A DNA stretch of 64,000 nucleotides from Candidatus Phycocordibacter aenigmaticus (lineage in GTDB: Bacteria; Patescibacteriota; Minisyncoccia; Phycocordibacterales; Phycocordibacteraceae): the NCBI GenBank assembly GCA_045401115.1, contig CP174359.1:355247-419246 (forward strand), written 5' to 3'. Made by a program: the position numbers and the translations under genes. Numbering within the stretch: position 1 is the first letter of the stretch; each line of letters begins with the position of its first letter. Shown here one piece after another: positions 9,606 to 19,917 of this stretch. The notes under the pieces are model-generated. The model was not told the DNA's origin. It ran no database searches and saw only the letters and a list, made by a program, of their open reading frames with translations.

Positions 9606-11435
9606 ATGATAGCCAGTAAGCGGCATACGCCGCTTTTTAATGTACTACGTATGCCTATTCGAAATATTGCAATTATTGCCCATGTTGACCATGGAAAAAC
9701 AACGCTCACCGATGCACTGATGCGGCAAACCGGTATGGTTGCCGATGATGTGTCCATGGACTCAGATTCAATTGAAAAAGAGCGGGGTATTACTATTTAT
9801 GCAAAAAATGGTTCTTTGGACTATAAGGGTACAAAAATCAATATTGTTGATACGCCGGGACACGCGGATTTTGGTAGTGAGGTAGAACGAGTATTGCGTT
9901 CAATTGACTCAGTGTTACTTGTGGTTGATGCTCAAGAAGGTCCTATGCCACAGACACGGTTTGTATTGAAAAAATCACTTGAACTTGGTCTGAAACCAAT
10001 TCTTGTTTTAAATAAAATTGATAAACCAGCGGCAGATGTGGACCGCGCTGAAGAGGAAGTGCTTGAGCTATTTCTTGAGCTTGGTGCGTCTGATGAGCAA
10101 TCAAATTTCCCCGTAGTGTACGCTATTGGTCTTGAGGGTGTCGCAAAGAAAAAAATGGAGGATGAGTTAAAAGATATGACGCCATTACTTGACACTATCC
10201 TTGAGGAGGTGTCTCCAGTAGACGCTTCAACTGAAGGTCCGTTTTTGTTCCAGCCATTTAATCTGGCGTATGATAACTTTCTTGGCCGACTTGCTATTGG
10301 GCGTGTATATGGTGGTGTTGCTAAAACAGGAGACGTTGTTTCGGTTATTACTCCCGAGGGTGAGGTGCGTAGTGGAAAGATTACCAAAATATTTAACTTT
10401 AAAGGGCTTGAGCGTGTGGCGGTTGATGAAACCGAAGCGGGTGATATTGCGGTACTTGCGGGCCTCCCGGATATTTTCATTGGCGAAACCATAACAAGTG
10501 ATGCGAGTCATGAACCGCTACCAGCTATCGCAGTTGATGAGCCGACTGTACGAGTAAACTTTTTAGTTAACAATTCGCCGTTCGCAGGACGCGAAGGAAA
10601 ATATGTTACGAGTAGGCAGCTGCGCGACCGTCTTGAGAAAGAACTTGAGGTAAACGTCGGGTTAACTGTTGACTTTACGGCGCCCGATAAGTTTGTATTG
10701 GCAGGACGCGGCGAGTTACACATCGCGGTCCTTTTAGAGAATATGCGGCGTGAGGGGTATGAAATGCAAATTTCACAACCGCAGGTGATTACCACTGAAA
10801 TAGATGGTAGAAAGCATGAGCCGTTTGAAGAAGTGATTATTGATGTGCCAAGTGAATTTCAAGGAACCGTGATTGAACGCTTAGGACGTCGTGGCTTTCA
10901 AATGACGGACATGAAAACTAATGGTGATGCTTTAGTGCGTATCATATTAGAAGGTCCAACACGTGGATTGTTGGGGTATAAAAATATTTTTGTCGTTGAC
11001 ACAAAAGGTGAGGGAATCCTCTCAAGCCGGGTGATAGGGTTTAAGCCGCATGCTGGGGAAATTAGTAAACGAGAAGTGGGTTCTATGACTTCTATGGCAA
11101 CTGGTAAAGCGCTTGGATACGCACTCTTTAATCTCCAAGACCGCGGCACGTTGTATATAGACGCCGGTACTGAGGTTTATGAAGGACAGGTTCTTGGTAA
11201 TACATCTAAAGGTGACGAAATGGTTGCGAATCCTACCAAAGGTAAAAATCTCACCAATGTGCGCGCATCAGGATCAGATGACGCTATTGCACTGGTACCA
11301 CCTTGGAAGCTGACTATTGAGCGTGGTATGGAAGTAATGAGTGATGACGAATATCTTGAGGTTACGCCGCACTCAGTTCGACTTCGTAAAGAACATCTTC
11401 GAGAAACCGACCGCTCCAAGGCAAAAAAGAATTAA
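9606..11435 (+). CDS. typA: Translational GTPase TypA/BipA
   Basis: [18 protein letters not shown]1 motif, DTPGHADF; EF-G-like domain order; alternative start at 9651. Confidence 0.9.
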   Translation: MIASKRHTPLFNVLRMPIRNIAIIAHVDHGKTTLTDALMRQTGMVADDVSMDSDSIEKERGITIYAKNGSLDYKGTKINIVDTPGHADFGSEVERVLRSIDSVLLVVDAQEGPMPQTRFVLKKSLELGLKPILVLNKIDKPAADVDRAEEEVLELFLELGASDEQSNFPVVYAIGLEGVAKKKMEDELKDMTPLLDTILEEVSPVDASTEGPFLFQPFNLAYDNFLGRLAIGRVYGGVAKTGDVVSVITPEGEVRSGKITKIFNFKGLERVAVDETEAGDIAVLAGLPDIFIGETITSDASHEPLPAIAVDEPTVRVNFLVNNSPFAGREGKYVTSRQLRDRLEKELEVNVGLTVDFTAPDKFVLAGRGELHIAVLLENMRREGYEMQISQPQVITTEIDGRKHEPFEEVIIDVPSEFQGTVIERLGRRGFQMTDMKTNGDALVRIILEGPTRGLLGYKNIFVVDTKGEGILSSRVIGFKPHAGEISKREVGSMTSMATGKALGYALFNLQDRGTLYIDAGTEVYEGQVLGNTSKGDEMVANPTKGKNLTNVRASGSDDAIALVPPWKLTIERGMEVMSDDEYLEVTPHSVRLRKEHLRETDRSKAKKN

Positions 11436-11468
11436 AAAACGTATTTAAGAAGTACAATCCATGTCCTT

Positions 11469-11498
11469 TTAAACGGCTCACTCCAGTGAGCCGTTTAA
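11469..11498. terminator. Bidirectional terminator hairpin (member of the AAACGGCTCAC palindromic family) between convergent typA and corA
   Basis: TTAAACGGCTCAC-TCCA-GTGAGCCGTTTAAA. Confidence 0.65.
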
Positions 11499-11514
11499 AA
11501 TAGAGCAAGTATTT

Positions 11515-12429
11515 TTAAAGCCACTTATTTTTTGAAAGTGTAAATATCAGGGTGGCCATAATTCCAGTGGTGCCAAAGAGGATGAAGTACGCGGCAAGTG
11601 GGTGTTCGCTACCGGGAAGGGCTACATTCATACCGTAAAAGCCGGTAATAACCATGGGGATGGTCAGAAGTACCGTGAGAGCAGTGAGGCGCCGGATAAT
11701 AGTATTAAGATGTTCTGTTGAGATTGCATTATACGCACTCCGAATATTAATCATAGTCCGGAGTGTGGCACGACCTGCTTCAATAAGTTGATTTGTTGAC
11801 AATATAATATCTTCAGCAACATCCTCATCTGCTTCATGGATATTTAATGCTTTCCCAACAAGTATTTTGTTAAGCACTACCTGCTGCGGTATAAGTGCGT
11901 CTAAATAGTCGCTTACTGTGCTTTCATACGAGACGAATTGGACAATATCTTTTGAAGACATCTTATCTGGCCTGGTTTTTAAACGGTTCACGTCACGTCG
12001 AATGGAACTAATTGCGACTGTATAGTTACGATTTATTTCAGAGAGTATAAGGAGTAAAAAACGTGCCTTTTGTGTTGTATAAAAATCAATATGACCTTCA
12101 CGAAATTTTTTCATGATCACGCTGTCTTCTTGTTCGATAGTCAGTACACCTTCTTTGGCAACCACCACTAGAAGGGGGACAGTACTCTCTCCTTGTGGGT
12201 AGCGCATAAAGATGTACACTGCGCCATCTTCCGCTTCAAAGCGCGGCACTTCATATGGGTCAAGAGCATCTCTGAGTGTGTCGAGATCTAAGCTGAGTGT
12301 GTCAGCAGCAGCTTGGAGTTCTTCCTCAGTTGGACGAGTGAGTTGTATCCAAGCACCTTTTTGGAACGCTTCCACAGCTCGTGGTTTTCGATAGGTAATA
12401 CTCCGTTGGTATATAGTTCGCATGAACAC
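11515..12429 (-). CDS. corA: Magnesium/cobalt transporter CorA
   Basis: YGMN signature in the penultimate TM helix, 2 C-terminal TM helices. Confidence 0.85.
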   Translation of the reverse strand: MFMRTIYQRSITYRKPRAVEAFQKGAWIQLTRPTEEELQAAADTLSLDLDTLRDALDPYEVPRFEAEDGAVYIFMRYPQGESTVPLLVVVAKEGVLTIEQEDSVIMKKFREGHIDFYTTQKARFLLLILSEINRNYTVAISSIRRDVNRLKTRPDKMSSKDIVQFVSYESTVSDYLDALIPQQVVLNKILVGKALNIHEADEDVAEDIILSTNQLIEAGRATLRTMINIRSAYNAISTEHLNTIIRRLTALTVLLTIPMVITGFYGMNVALPGSEHPLAAYFILFGTTGIMATLIFTLSKNKWL

Positions 12430-12489
12430 AGTGTATCAGGAACTTATGCAATTACAGGCATTTCTTTGACAAACTGTTGGGGGTATAGG

Positions 12490-13419
12490 ATGCTAAAGGT
12501 ATTATATATGCGGCACACACTCATAAGAATACTTCTAGTAATTATCTTCGGCGCTATTGTTACAGGTGGCGTGCTTCTTTTTAATAATTTTAACGCTATA
12601 GAGGCACACGAACTTCGCTTTGAAAATAGAGTAATTGTGAGTGAGGGGCGAGATCGTGTGTATATGCTGGGAGTTCCTAGCCAGCAGACATATGAACCAG
12701 TGCCACTTTTGGTGGTTCTTCATGGCGGTGGCTCTAGTGCTGAAGATGTACAAGAACGCACTGATTTTGAGACTGCGTATCGAGTCCTTAAAAAACCGGT
12801 CGCCATTGCGTATCCAGAGGGAACACCTGATAGACCGGAGGATGATCACAATGTATGGAATGCAGAGCGTTGCTGCGATATTGCTTTAGAAGAGGATATT
12901 TCTGATGCAGAATTTCTTTCTGCTGTAGTTACGGATATTGCCAATATAATTCCGATTCGTTCAGTGTCGGTCGTTGGATTTTCAAATGGTGCCATGATGG
13001 CAACACATTGGGCGTGTCACCCGGAAAGTCCAGTTGATTTTATGATCTCAGTAGATGGAGGCGTTAAGGTGCTGGAAAATTGTGAACGTCGTGATTGGTC
13101 GGGGATATTTTTTGGCTTTAATAATGAATTGAAACCAATTCCTGAAGGAGGTACGACTATCCATAAAAACCTTTTCACCTCACCAGAGGGGGGAGGATGG
13201 GATACAACACGTTTTCAGTGTCAACAGTCGCAGGGTGGTGAACATAGAACACGTACACAACTTATAGAGGTGTCTGGATATTATGATTGCGCTGGTGGGT
13301 CGTTTAAAGAAATATGGAATCTAAGTGATGAACACGCATGGCCCACATTCTCACTTTGGTCAGAGGTGCGCAATACGTATGAATCTTTTGAGGAATGGGT
13401 ATGGCATAGCGTGCCATAA
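12490..13419 (+). CDS. Secreted alpha/beta-hydrolase, esterase/PHB-depolymerase-like (LpqC-like)
   Basis: VLHGGGSSAED and GFSNGA (GxSxG) motifs; N-terminal TM anchor; start at Met 12490. Confidence 0.6.
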   Translation: MLKVLYMRHTLIRILLVIIFGAIVTGGVLLFNNFNAIEAHELRFENRVIVSEGRDRVYMLGVPSQQTYEPVPLLVVLHGGGSSAEDVQERTDFETAYRVLKKPVAIAYPEGTPDRPEDDHNVWNAERCCDIALEEDISDAEFLSAVVTDIANIIPIRSVSVVGFSNGAMMATHWACHPESPVDFMISVDGGVKVLENCERRDWSGIFFGFNNELKPIPEGGTTIHKNLFTSPEGGGWDTTRFQCQQSQGGEHRTRTQLIEVSGYYDCAGGSFKEIWNLSDEHAWPTFSLWSEVRNTYESFEEWVWHSVP

Positions 13420-13439
13420 TATACGATACAATACAGATT

Positions 13440-13910
13440 ATGCAGAATACCTTACGTAACCTTCGCCGTTTTGCGTTTCCCACACTTCTTATCTTTTCCG
13501 TACTGGGGATTATTAATGCTGGGTATCTAACACTCACTGCGTTTGCGGGGGTCTCACCAACGTGTAATTTTCTCCATGGTTGTGCTGAGGTTGCTTCGAG
13601 TCCGTATTCAAAAGTGTTTGGTATCCCGCTCGCGCTTTTTGGGGTGTTCTTCTACAGTATTGTTGCTGGTTTTTCGTTGTGGGGGATGATTGATAACAAA
13701 GCTCCAGTGTATAATTTTATCCTTGTGCTTACAGTGCTTGGTTTCATCCTCTCGCTGTATTTTCTTTATTTACAGGCATTTATTATTCAAGCATTTTGTG
13801 AGTATTGTCTCTTTTCGCTTTTTGATGCCACAGTGCTTTTACTTACCACTCTGTTTTTTCTCCCTAAAAAATCTTCACCTATTAAACAGAAACTTTCAAA
13901 TAATATATAA
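13440..13910 (+). CDS. Vitamin K epoxide reductase (VKOR) family membrane protein
   Basis: Loop cysteine pair (PTCNFLHGC) and CEYC CxxC active site in a TM helix. Confidence 0.7.
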   Translation: MQNTLRNLRRFAFPTLLIFSVLGIINAGYLTLTAFAGVSPTCNFLHGCAEVASSPYSKVFGIPLALFGVFFYSIVAGFSLWGMIDNKAPVYNFILVLTVLGFILSLYFLYLQAFIIQAFCEYCLFSLFDATVLLLTTLFFLPKKSSPIKQKLSNNI

Positions 13911-13949
13911 AAATACGGTATAATAACCACGTAATCGATTTTTTCTCCC

Positions 13950-14678
13950 ATGAGTATTATTGGACATATTCGCACTATTCCTGACCGTGGAAAATCAGAT
14001 GCGGTGAAAAAGCTAATCAAAGAATCTACTCCAGATTTTGACTTCTTTTTCTTGACCGTGTTGGCGGTGCTCATGGCAACGTTTGGGCTTTTGGAGAATA
14101 ATACTGCGGTGGTCATCGGAAGTATGTTGGTAGCACCAATCCTTTTTCCCATCCTCTCTCTTTCGCTTTCAATTGTAATGAGTGATTACAAGTTAATTGT
14201 TCGGGCATCGGGGACACTCATGAAGACGGTCATATTAGGTGTTTCTATGTCATTTTTTGCAACCCTTTTCCTTGGAGGTGGTGATGTACTAACACCTGAA
14301 ATCATTGCCCGTATTGAACCATCCCTTCTGTCTATTGCGATCGCTATAGTTTCTGGTTTTGCGGTTGCTTACGCGCTTGTACTCCCTGAAATGAACGAGG
14401 CGTTTCCTGGAGTTGCGGTGGCAGTAGCATTAATTCCACCATTAGCTGTTATTGGAATTGGGCTCGCGGCGTTTAATTGGACGGTTATTGCTGGAGCGGC
14501 AATTTATCTTTTGGTTAATGTGATAGGAATTATATTTGCTAGTATGCTCATGTTCTCACTGATGGATTTATATCAAAAACGTACAATCGCATCGAAAACA
14601 GCTGTTTCTGCCGACCGGGAAGCCGAACTTGAAACAAAAAAGATTCAAGAAAAAGAAGACGAAGAACTTAATGCGTAA
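13950..14678 (+). CDS. DUF389-family membrane protein
   Basis: MLVAPILFPILSLSL-type repeated hydrophobic core, C-terminal charged tail. Confidence 0.55.
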   Translation: MSIIGHIRTIPDRGKSDAVKKLIKESTPDFDFFFLTVLAVLMATFGLLENNTAVVIGSMLVAPILFPILSLSLSIVMSDYKLIVRASGTLMKTVILGVSMSFFATLFLGGGDVLTPEIIARIEPSLLSIAIAIVSGFAVAYALVLPEMNEAFPGVAVAVALIPPLAVIGIGLAAFNWTVIAGAAIYLLVNVIGIIFASMLMFSLMDLYQKRTIASKTAVSADREAELETKKIQEKEDEELNA

Positions 14679-14693
14679 TATATTCAATTCAAT

Positions 14694-15167
14694 ATGTCTC
14701 ATACTGCCATAAACACACCTGCCCCTGAATTCACTCTTTCTGATCAAAACGGTAATGTGCACACTCTTTCTCAATATAAAGGACAGTGGGTGTTGCTTTA
14801 TTTCTATCCAAAAGATGACACTCCTGGTTGTACTAAAGAGGCGTGTGCAATTCGTGATACCTTTCCAGAATTTTCTGCTATCAACGCTCAAGTGTTTGGG
14901 GTTTCAAAAGATTCAGTCGCCAGTCATAAAAAATTTGCTGAAAAATATTCACTTCCATTTCCATTACTTTCGGATGAAGACGGCACGGTGGTAGGGCAGT
15001 ATGGTGTATGGCAGGAAAAGCAGTTTATGGGAAAGAAGTATATGGGTATTATGCGCTCCTCGTTTCTTATTGATCCTGACGGTATAATCAAGAAAGTATA
15101 TGAAAAAGTCAGGCCCGAACAACACGCCGAAGAAGTCATCGAAGACCTCAAAAGTCTCAGCGCGTAA
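14694..15167 (+). CDS. bcp: Peroxiredoxin Bcp (thiol peroxidase)
   Basis: FYPKDDTPGCTKEAC peroxidatic Cys motif. Confidence 0.85.
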   Translation: MSHTAINTPAPEFTLSDQNGNVHTLSQYKGQWVLLYFYPKDDTPGCTKEACAIRDTFPEFSAINAQVFGVSKDSVASHKKFAEKYSLPFPLLSDEDGTVVGQYGVWQEKQFMGKKYMGIMRSSFLIDPDGIIKKVYEKVRPEQHAEEVIEDLKSLSA

Positions 15168-15807
15168 AGAACGTGTACAACGTATTGTCGCGTACCTTAA
15201 GAAGGCATATCCAAAACCAAAAACTGAATTACAGTATGACACTCAGTTCCAGCTTGTTGCTGCTGTAATGTTGTCTGCTCAATGCACTGATAAAGCGGTC
15301 AATAAAGTGACGCGACTGCTTTTTAAAAAATATCGTACCGTAAAAGATTTTGCTAAGGCAGACCCGGTAACATTCCAAAAAGAGATTTCCTCTATCCCGT
15401 TCTTTCGCAATAAAGCGAAAGCTATCGTGGGCGCAGCACAAAAGATTGTTGCTGAACATGGCGCGCGTGTGCCACGAACCGAAGAAGCGCTTGTAGAATT
15501 GCCCGGGATAGGATACAAGACCGCGCATGTTATTTTAGGTGAGTTGTTTGGTATTTGGGAAGGAATCGCCACCGATACTCACGTGCGCCGCTTCGCGATT
15601 CGCTTCGATCTAACCGACAACACTGATCTAACAAAGATTTCAAAGGACCTCGAAACACTTGTACCTAAGAAAGATTGGAAATATATTAATAACGGTCTTG
15701 TGCTGTATGGAAGATATATATGCCCCGCCAAAAAACATGACTGTAAAAATCACCCGCTCACCGCAATCTACCCGCCAAGTGAAACTATCTGGCCAAAATC
15801 TAAATAA
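15100..15807 (+). CDS. nth: Endonuclease III (HhH-GPD DNA glycosylase with 4Fe-4S cluster)
   Basis: LPGIGYKTAHVILG HhH motif; C-x6-C-x2-C-x5-C at C-terminus; the ATG start overlaps bcp by 68 nt. Confidence 0.85.
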   Translation: MKKSGPNNTPKKSSKTSKVSARKERVQRIVAYLKKAYPKPKTELQYDTQFQLVAAVMLSAQCTDKAVNKVTRLLFKKYRTVKDFAKADPVTFQKEISSIPFFRNKAKAIVGAAQKIVAEHGARVPRTEEALVELPGIGYKTAHVILGELFGIWEGIATDTHVRRFAIRFDLTDNTDLTKISKDLETLVPKKDWKYINNGLVLYGRYICPAKKHDCKNHPLTAIYPPSETIWPKSK

Positions 15808-16597
15808 ATTTACCCGCACTGTTCTCGACTTTTATCATAAAGAAGGTCGACGACATTTACCGTGGCGCACCACAAAAAATCCATTCCGTATCTTCGTATC
15901 TGAAGTGATGCTTCAGCAAACACAGGTTGATAGAGTTATTCCTTACTATAAAGATTTTTTAAAACGATTTTCTACGCCTAATACATTAGCAGAAGCTTCG
16001 CTGGGCGACGTACTTCGAGTATGGAGTGGACTTGGCTACAATCGGCGTGCAAAAATGATGCACCAAGCGGCCCAAGTGGTGCGTAGGGAATATGCCGGTC
16101 GTATGCCACGTTCGTATGAAGAGTTATTAGCGCTGCCGGGCGTGGGTGATTACACTGCAAAGGCAGTACGTGTGTTTGCATATAATGAGCCGGAGTTCAT
16201 GATCGAGACCAATATTCGCGCTGTGTTTCTACACCACTTTTTCCCAAATGTCGAAGCGGTGGAGGATACTGACATTATGGAATACATGGCACGGGTAGGT
16301 ATACCTGATGAGCCGCGGATATGGTATGCGGCACTTATGGACTACGGTTCGTATCTTAAAAAAAGTCATATAAATCCGTCACGAAAAAGCAAGCGCCACA
16401 TAACACAAAAACCGTTCAAAGGTTCAAGCCGCGAGGTGCGCGGCGCGTTGATACGCGCAGTGAGCGAGCATCCACAAACGCAAAAAGAGCTCCACACACT
16501 TCCTTTTAATAAAGAGAAAATCGACGTTCAGATTGCCGCTCTTTGCGATGAAGGTATGCTCGTCTACTACCGCCGCCGATACGGACTTCCTGAGTAA
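15737..16597 (+). CDS. MutY-like A/G-specific adenine glycosylase (HhH-GPD), lacks the Fe-S cysteine cluster
   Basis: LPWR...PF(Y)RIxVSEVMLQQTQV MutY N-terminal signature, LPGVGDYTAKAV HhH; no Cys-rich loop; overlaps nth 3' end by ~70 nt. Confidence 0.7.
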   Translation: MTVKITRSPQSTRQVKLSGQNLNKFTRTVLDFYHKEGRRHLPWRTTKNPFRIFVSEVMLQQTQVDRVIPYYKDFLKRFSTPNTLAEASLGDVLRVWSGLGYNRRAKMMHQAAQVVRREYAGRMPRSYEELLALPGVGDYTAKAVRVFAYNEPEFMIETNIRAVFLHHFFPNVEAVEDTDIMEYMARVGIPDEPRIWYAALMDYGSYLKKSHINPSRKSKRHITQKPFKGSSREVRGALIRAVSEHPQTQKELHTLPFNKEKIDVQIAALCDEGMLVYYRRRYGLPE

Positions 16598-16620
16598 GAT
16601 TCAAAGGGTTTGTCAGTGCT

Positions 16621-17817
16621 CTAGCGGCTGTCTTGGATGCGTTGTGCAAGTGGTACACCGATCAGTATCGTTGCTCCTATGAAACCAAAGAGCCATTGAA
16701 GGTCGGTGATTGGAAGAAAAACAAGCGCCACCACCGGAGCAGTAATAACGGCAAGCGGAGATATCATGCGGAAAATGCCGATGAGTGCCGAATCTTTCTC
16801 GGTGACCTGTTTGAAAAAGTAGCTCTCCGTAGATATCTCTATAAATGCTGCTCCAACGCGGGTAAAAATAAACGGAAGTATCCAGAGCGTGAGGTACGTT
16901 ACTGGTACAAGAGAAAGTGCGGCGGTACTAAATGAGAGTATAAAGAGGCCGGTGATCATCAGTTCTTTTTCCCCAAGAAATTTATCGGCTATGGTCCCTA
17001 AAGGGTATTCAAGTACGAGGTAGGGAATAAGGGCAATGGCGATAATGATTCCGATAACTTGCCATGAGTAGCCGGCTTGTACAAGGAAAAGAGGGACATA
17101 GATGGTATAAATAATGGTTGTTGCGCGAAATATAAGGTGGATGAACATGGTGTAGCGGACACTAGTTTGGCACGTCCATAGTGCTTTGAAACTCCTAATG
17201 AAGTGCCCGGGTTCTGGAAGGGTGGGGGTAAGTTTTTTAAGGCGTACGACGACAAGCCACAGCAAAGGTGTGAGTGCTATCGCTGAAAATATGTAGGCAG
17301 GGGTATAGTTCGTGCCAAATACAAGTAGTGACGCTATAATAGGACCCAATACTGCTCCTAAACTAAAGCCGGTAATGTAACTGCCGCGGGCGTTTCCGGT
17401 ATGTGATTCGTCTTTCACCTGTGCTTCGACATAGAGGTCGAGCAGAAAAGGGACCATTCGTGCAAAGAGGGTACGGAGCATAAAGAACAGCCCAGCGGCC
17501 ACAGTGGTGGCAGCGAACCCAAAAAATAAGATAAGTATCTGGAGAAGGAGAATTGAGATAATGAGCGTTTTCCAAACCCCGAGTCTCCCTACAATAAAAG
17601 GAGCGGCTATCATAGTTGCTATAGCCAATACTGAAGAAGCAATATAGAGGAGGCTTATTGCCTCAGGTGAGAAGAATTGACCGAGAAACGATGAGTTAAT
17701 AAAAGTGGTGGTAATGAGGCTTATCGAAAAAATAAAATTAACCCCGGCGAGAAGCATGAGGGTGTTGAAGAAGCGACGAGCGCGCGTGAAAACGGCATGA
17801 AGCCGCGACAAATGCAT
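16621..17817 (-). CDS. MFS transporter
   Basis: 12 predicted TM helices, MFS-like loop motifs. Confidence 0.7.
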   Translation of the reverse strand: MHLSRLHAVFTRARRFFNTLMLLAGVNFIFSISLITTTFINSSFLGQFFSPEAISLLYIASSVLAIATMIAAPFIVGRLGVWKTLIISILLLQILILFFGFAATTVAAGLFFMLRTLFARMVPFLLDLYVEAQVKDESHTGNARGSYITGFSLGAVLGPIIASLLVFGTNYTPAYIFSAIALTPLLWLVVVRLKKLTPTLPEPGHFIRSFKALWTCQTSVRYTMFIHLIFRATTIIYTIYVPLFLVQAGYSWQVIGIIIAIALIPYLVLEYPLGTIADKFLGEKELMITGLFILSFSTAALSLVPVTYLTLWILPFIFTRVGAAFIEISTESYFFKQVTEKDSALIGIFRMISPLAVITAPVVALVFLPITDLQWLFGFIGATILIGVPLAQRIQDSR

Positions 17818-17873
17818 ACTGCGGTAAAGTATAGCGTATCCGTGGTATATCTTTTACACACATAGTGGCATTG

Positions 17874-17899
17874 TAAAAAACCGCCTTGAGGGCGGTTTT
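17874..17899 (-). terminator. Rho-independent terminator downstream of rnj
   Basis: AAAAACCGCC-TTGA-GGGCGGTTTTT. Confidence 0.55.
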
Positions 17900-17921
17900 T
17901 AGTTTGGGCGACAGAAATATA

Positions 17922-19895
17922 TTAGACCCCTATCAGCACTGGAATTACCATCGGACGTTTTGACGTTTTCTGTAAGAGGTATCGCTCAACAGTATCAGTC
18001 AAGTTACTCTTTACATATTCAAGGTCAACAGGATTCATGTTATGTGTCATATCCTCAATACTCTTTTTAATAAGGAGTCGTGTCTCGCTTAATAGTCCTT
18101 GTGATTCGCGAAGGTACACGAAACCACGGGAAATGATATCAGGTGATTTTTTCAACTGTCCGGTACGCACATTCACCGTTGCGATAATGACAAACATTCC
18201 ATCTTTAGCAAGTGCTTGGCGGTCACGGATGACTACTTCTTGCATGTCACCGATAGAGAAGCCATCAACCATCATTGGTCCTGAAGGTACTGTCTCTTTG
18301 CGAATAGTCAGATCGGTGCCATTTTTAATCTCAATTACCATGCCATTGTCGGCAATAATGACACCTTCTTTTGGAAAACCACTTTCAACATGAGCTGCCG
18401 CATGGTTACGAAGCATTGAATGGAAGCCATACGCTGGCATCACGAATCGTGGTTTGATTTGTTCACGCATCCATATCAATTCTCCGGTGTATCCGTGTCC
18501 CGTTGAGTGCACATCACTTGAACGGTAGTGCACAATATTAAGTCCATGTCGGTACAGGTTATCTTTCAGACGTTGTACTGATATCTCATTACCTGGAATG
18601 ACAGAAGACGAAAGAACAATAGTATCCCGTGGTGTGAATTTAATCGTTTTATGGCGTCCTGTTGCGATACGCATAAGTGCTGCTTGTTCTTCACCTTGAG
18701 CTCCGGTAGCAATGATGACAATTTTGTCAGGTGCATAGTCATCAATTTGATCAGAAGGAATAATAGTTCCTGGTTTTGGCTTAAAGAATTCGGCACGTTG
18801 CGCGATTTCAATATTAGTTTTCACTGAGCGACCTTCGAGGACTATCTTTTTACCAAGTTTCTCTGCAGTCTCCACAATGTGAATCATGCGGTGAAAATTT
18901 GATGCAAAGAGTCCAATAATAAGTCGTCCATCTGCAGCGGTGATAATTTCTTCAAGCGTCCCATAAATTTTTGTTTCAGGGATAGAGAAGCCACCACGCT
19001 CAGCGTTTGTTGAGTCGGCAATAAATACAATATTGTCGTCTTTACCAAGTTCGCCCCACACTTTCTTCTCCTCTTCAGTTGGTTCACCGTCAACGTGTTC
19101 AAGTTTTAAGTCTCCAGAAAGTACAACATTGCCGTGTTTCGTGTGCACTGAAAGACCCATTGAATCGGGAATGGAGTGCGTAACAGGGAATGTCTTTACC
19201 ACCAGATTGCCGCCGCTTGGTGACTCAATTTGTACACGTCCACCAATCTCGACAACATTCATGTTGAGTTTTGGTAGATGAGGGAACTCTTCATGACGTT
19301 TTTTAATCATGAGGCTGGTCAAATACTGCGTATAAATTGGCGGGTTACCAATACGATCTATGATGTAGGGGATACCACCGATATGGTCAAGGTGGCCGTG
19401 AGTAATAAAGAGTGCCAGAATGCGATCCTTATTCTTTTCAAGCCAACGCGTGTTAGGAAGTACGTAGTCAATTCCCGGTGCCTCAGTGTCACTCATAAAC
19501 TGGAAGCCGGCATCAGATACAATAATACCTTCAGGTGTCTCAATTGCTGTCATATTACGACCTACTTCTTCAACGCCACCAAGTGGAATAATGCGCACCG
19601 CATCCGGGTCAATTGGCGGGAGCTCTACGACTTCACTTTTTTTGAGATTTGCCATACCAGCGTCACGAAGTGGTTTCGGTGCTGGTCGTCTAAAGTTGTC
19701 ACGTCGAGGTCGCTTATTGTTACGGGTACGGTTTTGGGCACCGCTTCGTTTAGGGCGACCCCCACCTTGTTGGGGACGTCCACGTCCTCCTTTAGCGCCG
19801 CCGGCGTTGCGGGGTCGTTGTGTCCCTGTTGTTTTTCTATCGTTTTGAGCGGTCTGTGTTCCGCGGTTTTCTGGTGAATTAGTATCTGATTGCAT
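17922..19895 (-). CDS. rnj: Ribonuclease J (metallo-beta-lactamase/beta-CASP) with ~80 aa Arg/Gly-rich N-terminal extension
   Basis: FITHGHLDHIGGIPY motif, beta-CASP region; canonical start would be MANLKK at 19655. Confidence 0.85.
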   Translation of the reverse strand: MQSDTNSPENRGTQTAQNDRKTTGTQRPRNAGGAKGGRGRPQQGGGRPKRSGAQNRTRNNKRPRRDNFRRPAPKPLRDAGMANLKKSEVVELPPIDPDAVRIIPLGGVEEVGRNMTAIETPEGIIVSDAGFQFMSDTEAPGIDYVLPNTRWLEKNKDRILALFITHGHLDHIGGIPYIIDRIGNPPIYTQYLTSLMIKKRHEEFPHLPKLNMNVVEIGGRVQIESPSGGNLVVKTFPVTHSIPDSMGLSVHTKHGNVVLSGDLKLEHVDGEPTEEEKKVWGELGKDDNIVFIADSTNAERGGFSIPETKIYGTLEEIITAADGRLIIGLFASNFHRMIHIVETAEKLGKKIVLEGRSVKTNIEIAQRAEFFKPKPGTIIPSDQIDDYAPDKIVIIATGAQGEEQAALMRIATGRHKTIKFTPRDTIVLSSSVIPGNEISVQRLKDNLYRHGLNIVHYRSSDVHSTGHGYTGELIWMREQIKPRFVMPAYGFHSMLRNHAAAHVESGFPKEGVIIADNGMVIEIKNGTDLTIRKETVPSGPMMVDGFSIGDMQEVVIRDRQALAKDGMFVIIATVNVRTGQLKKSPDIISRGFVYLRESQGLLSETRLLIKKSIEDMTHNMNPVDLEYVKSNLTDTVERYLLQKTSKRPMVIPVLIGV

Positions 19896-19917
19896 AATAA
19901 TATCTAATGATTAATGG

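Noticed and set aside
9932-10795. Several antisense or alternate-frame ORFs inside typA (9932-10492, 10227-10511, 10508-10795 minus; 10270-10494 plus)
   Set aside because: Nested within a strongly supported conserved GTPase gene; compositionally biased translations. Artefacts.
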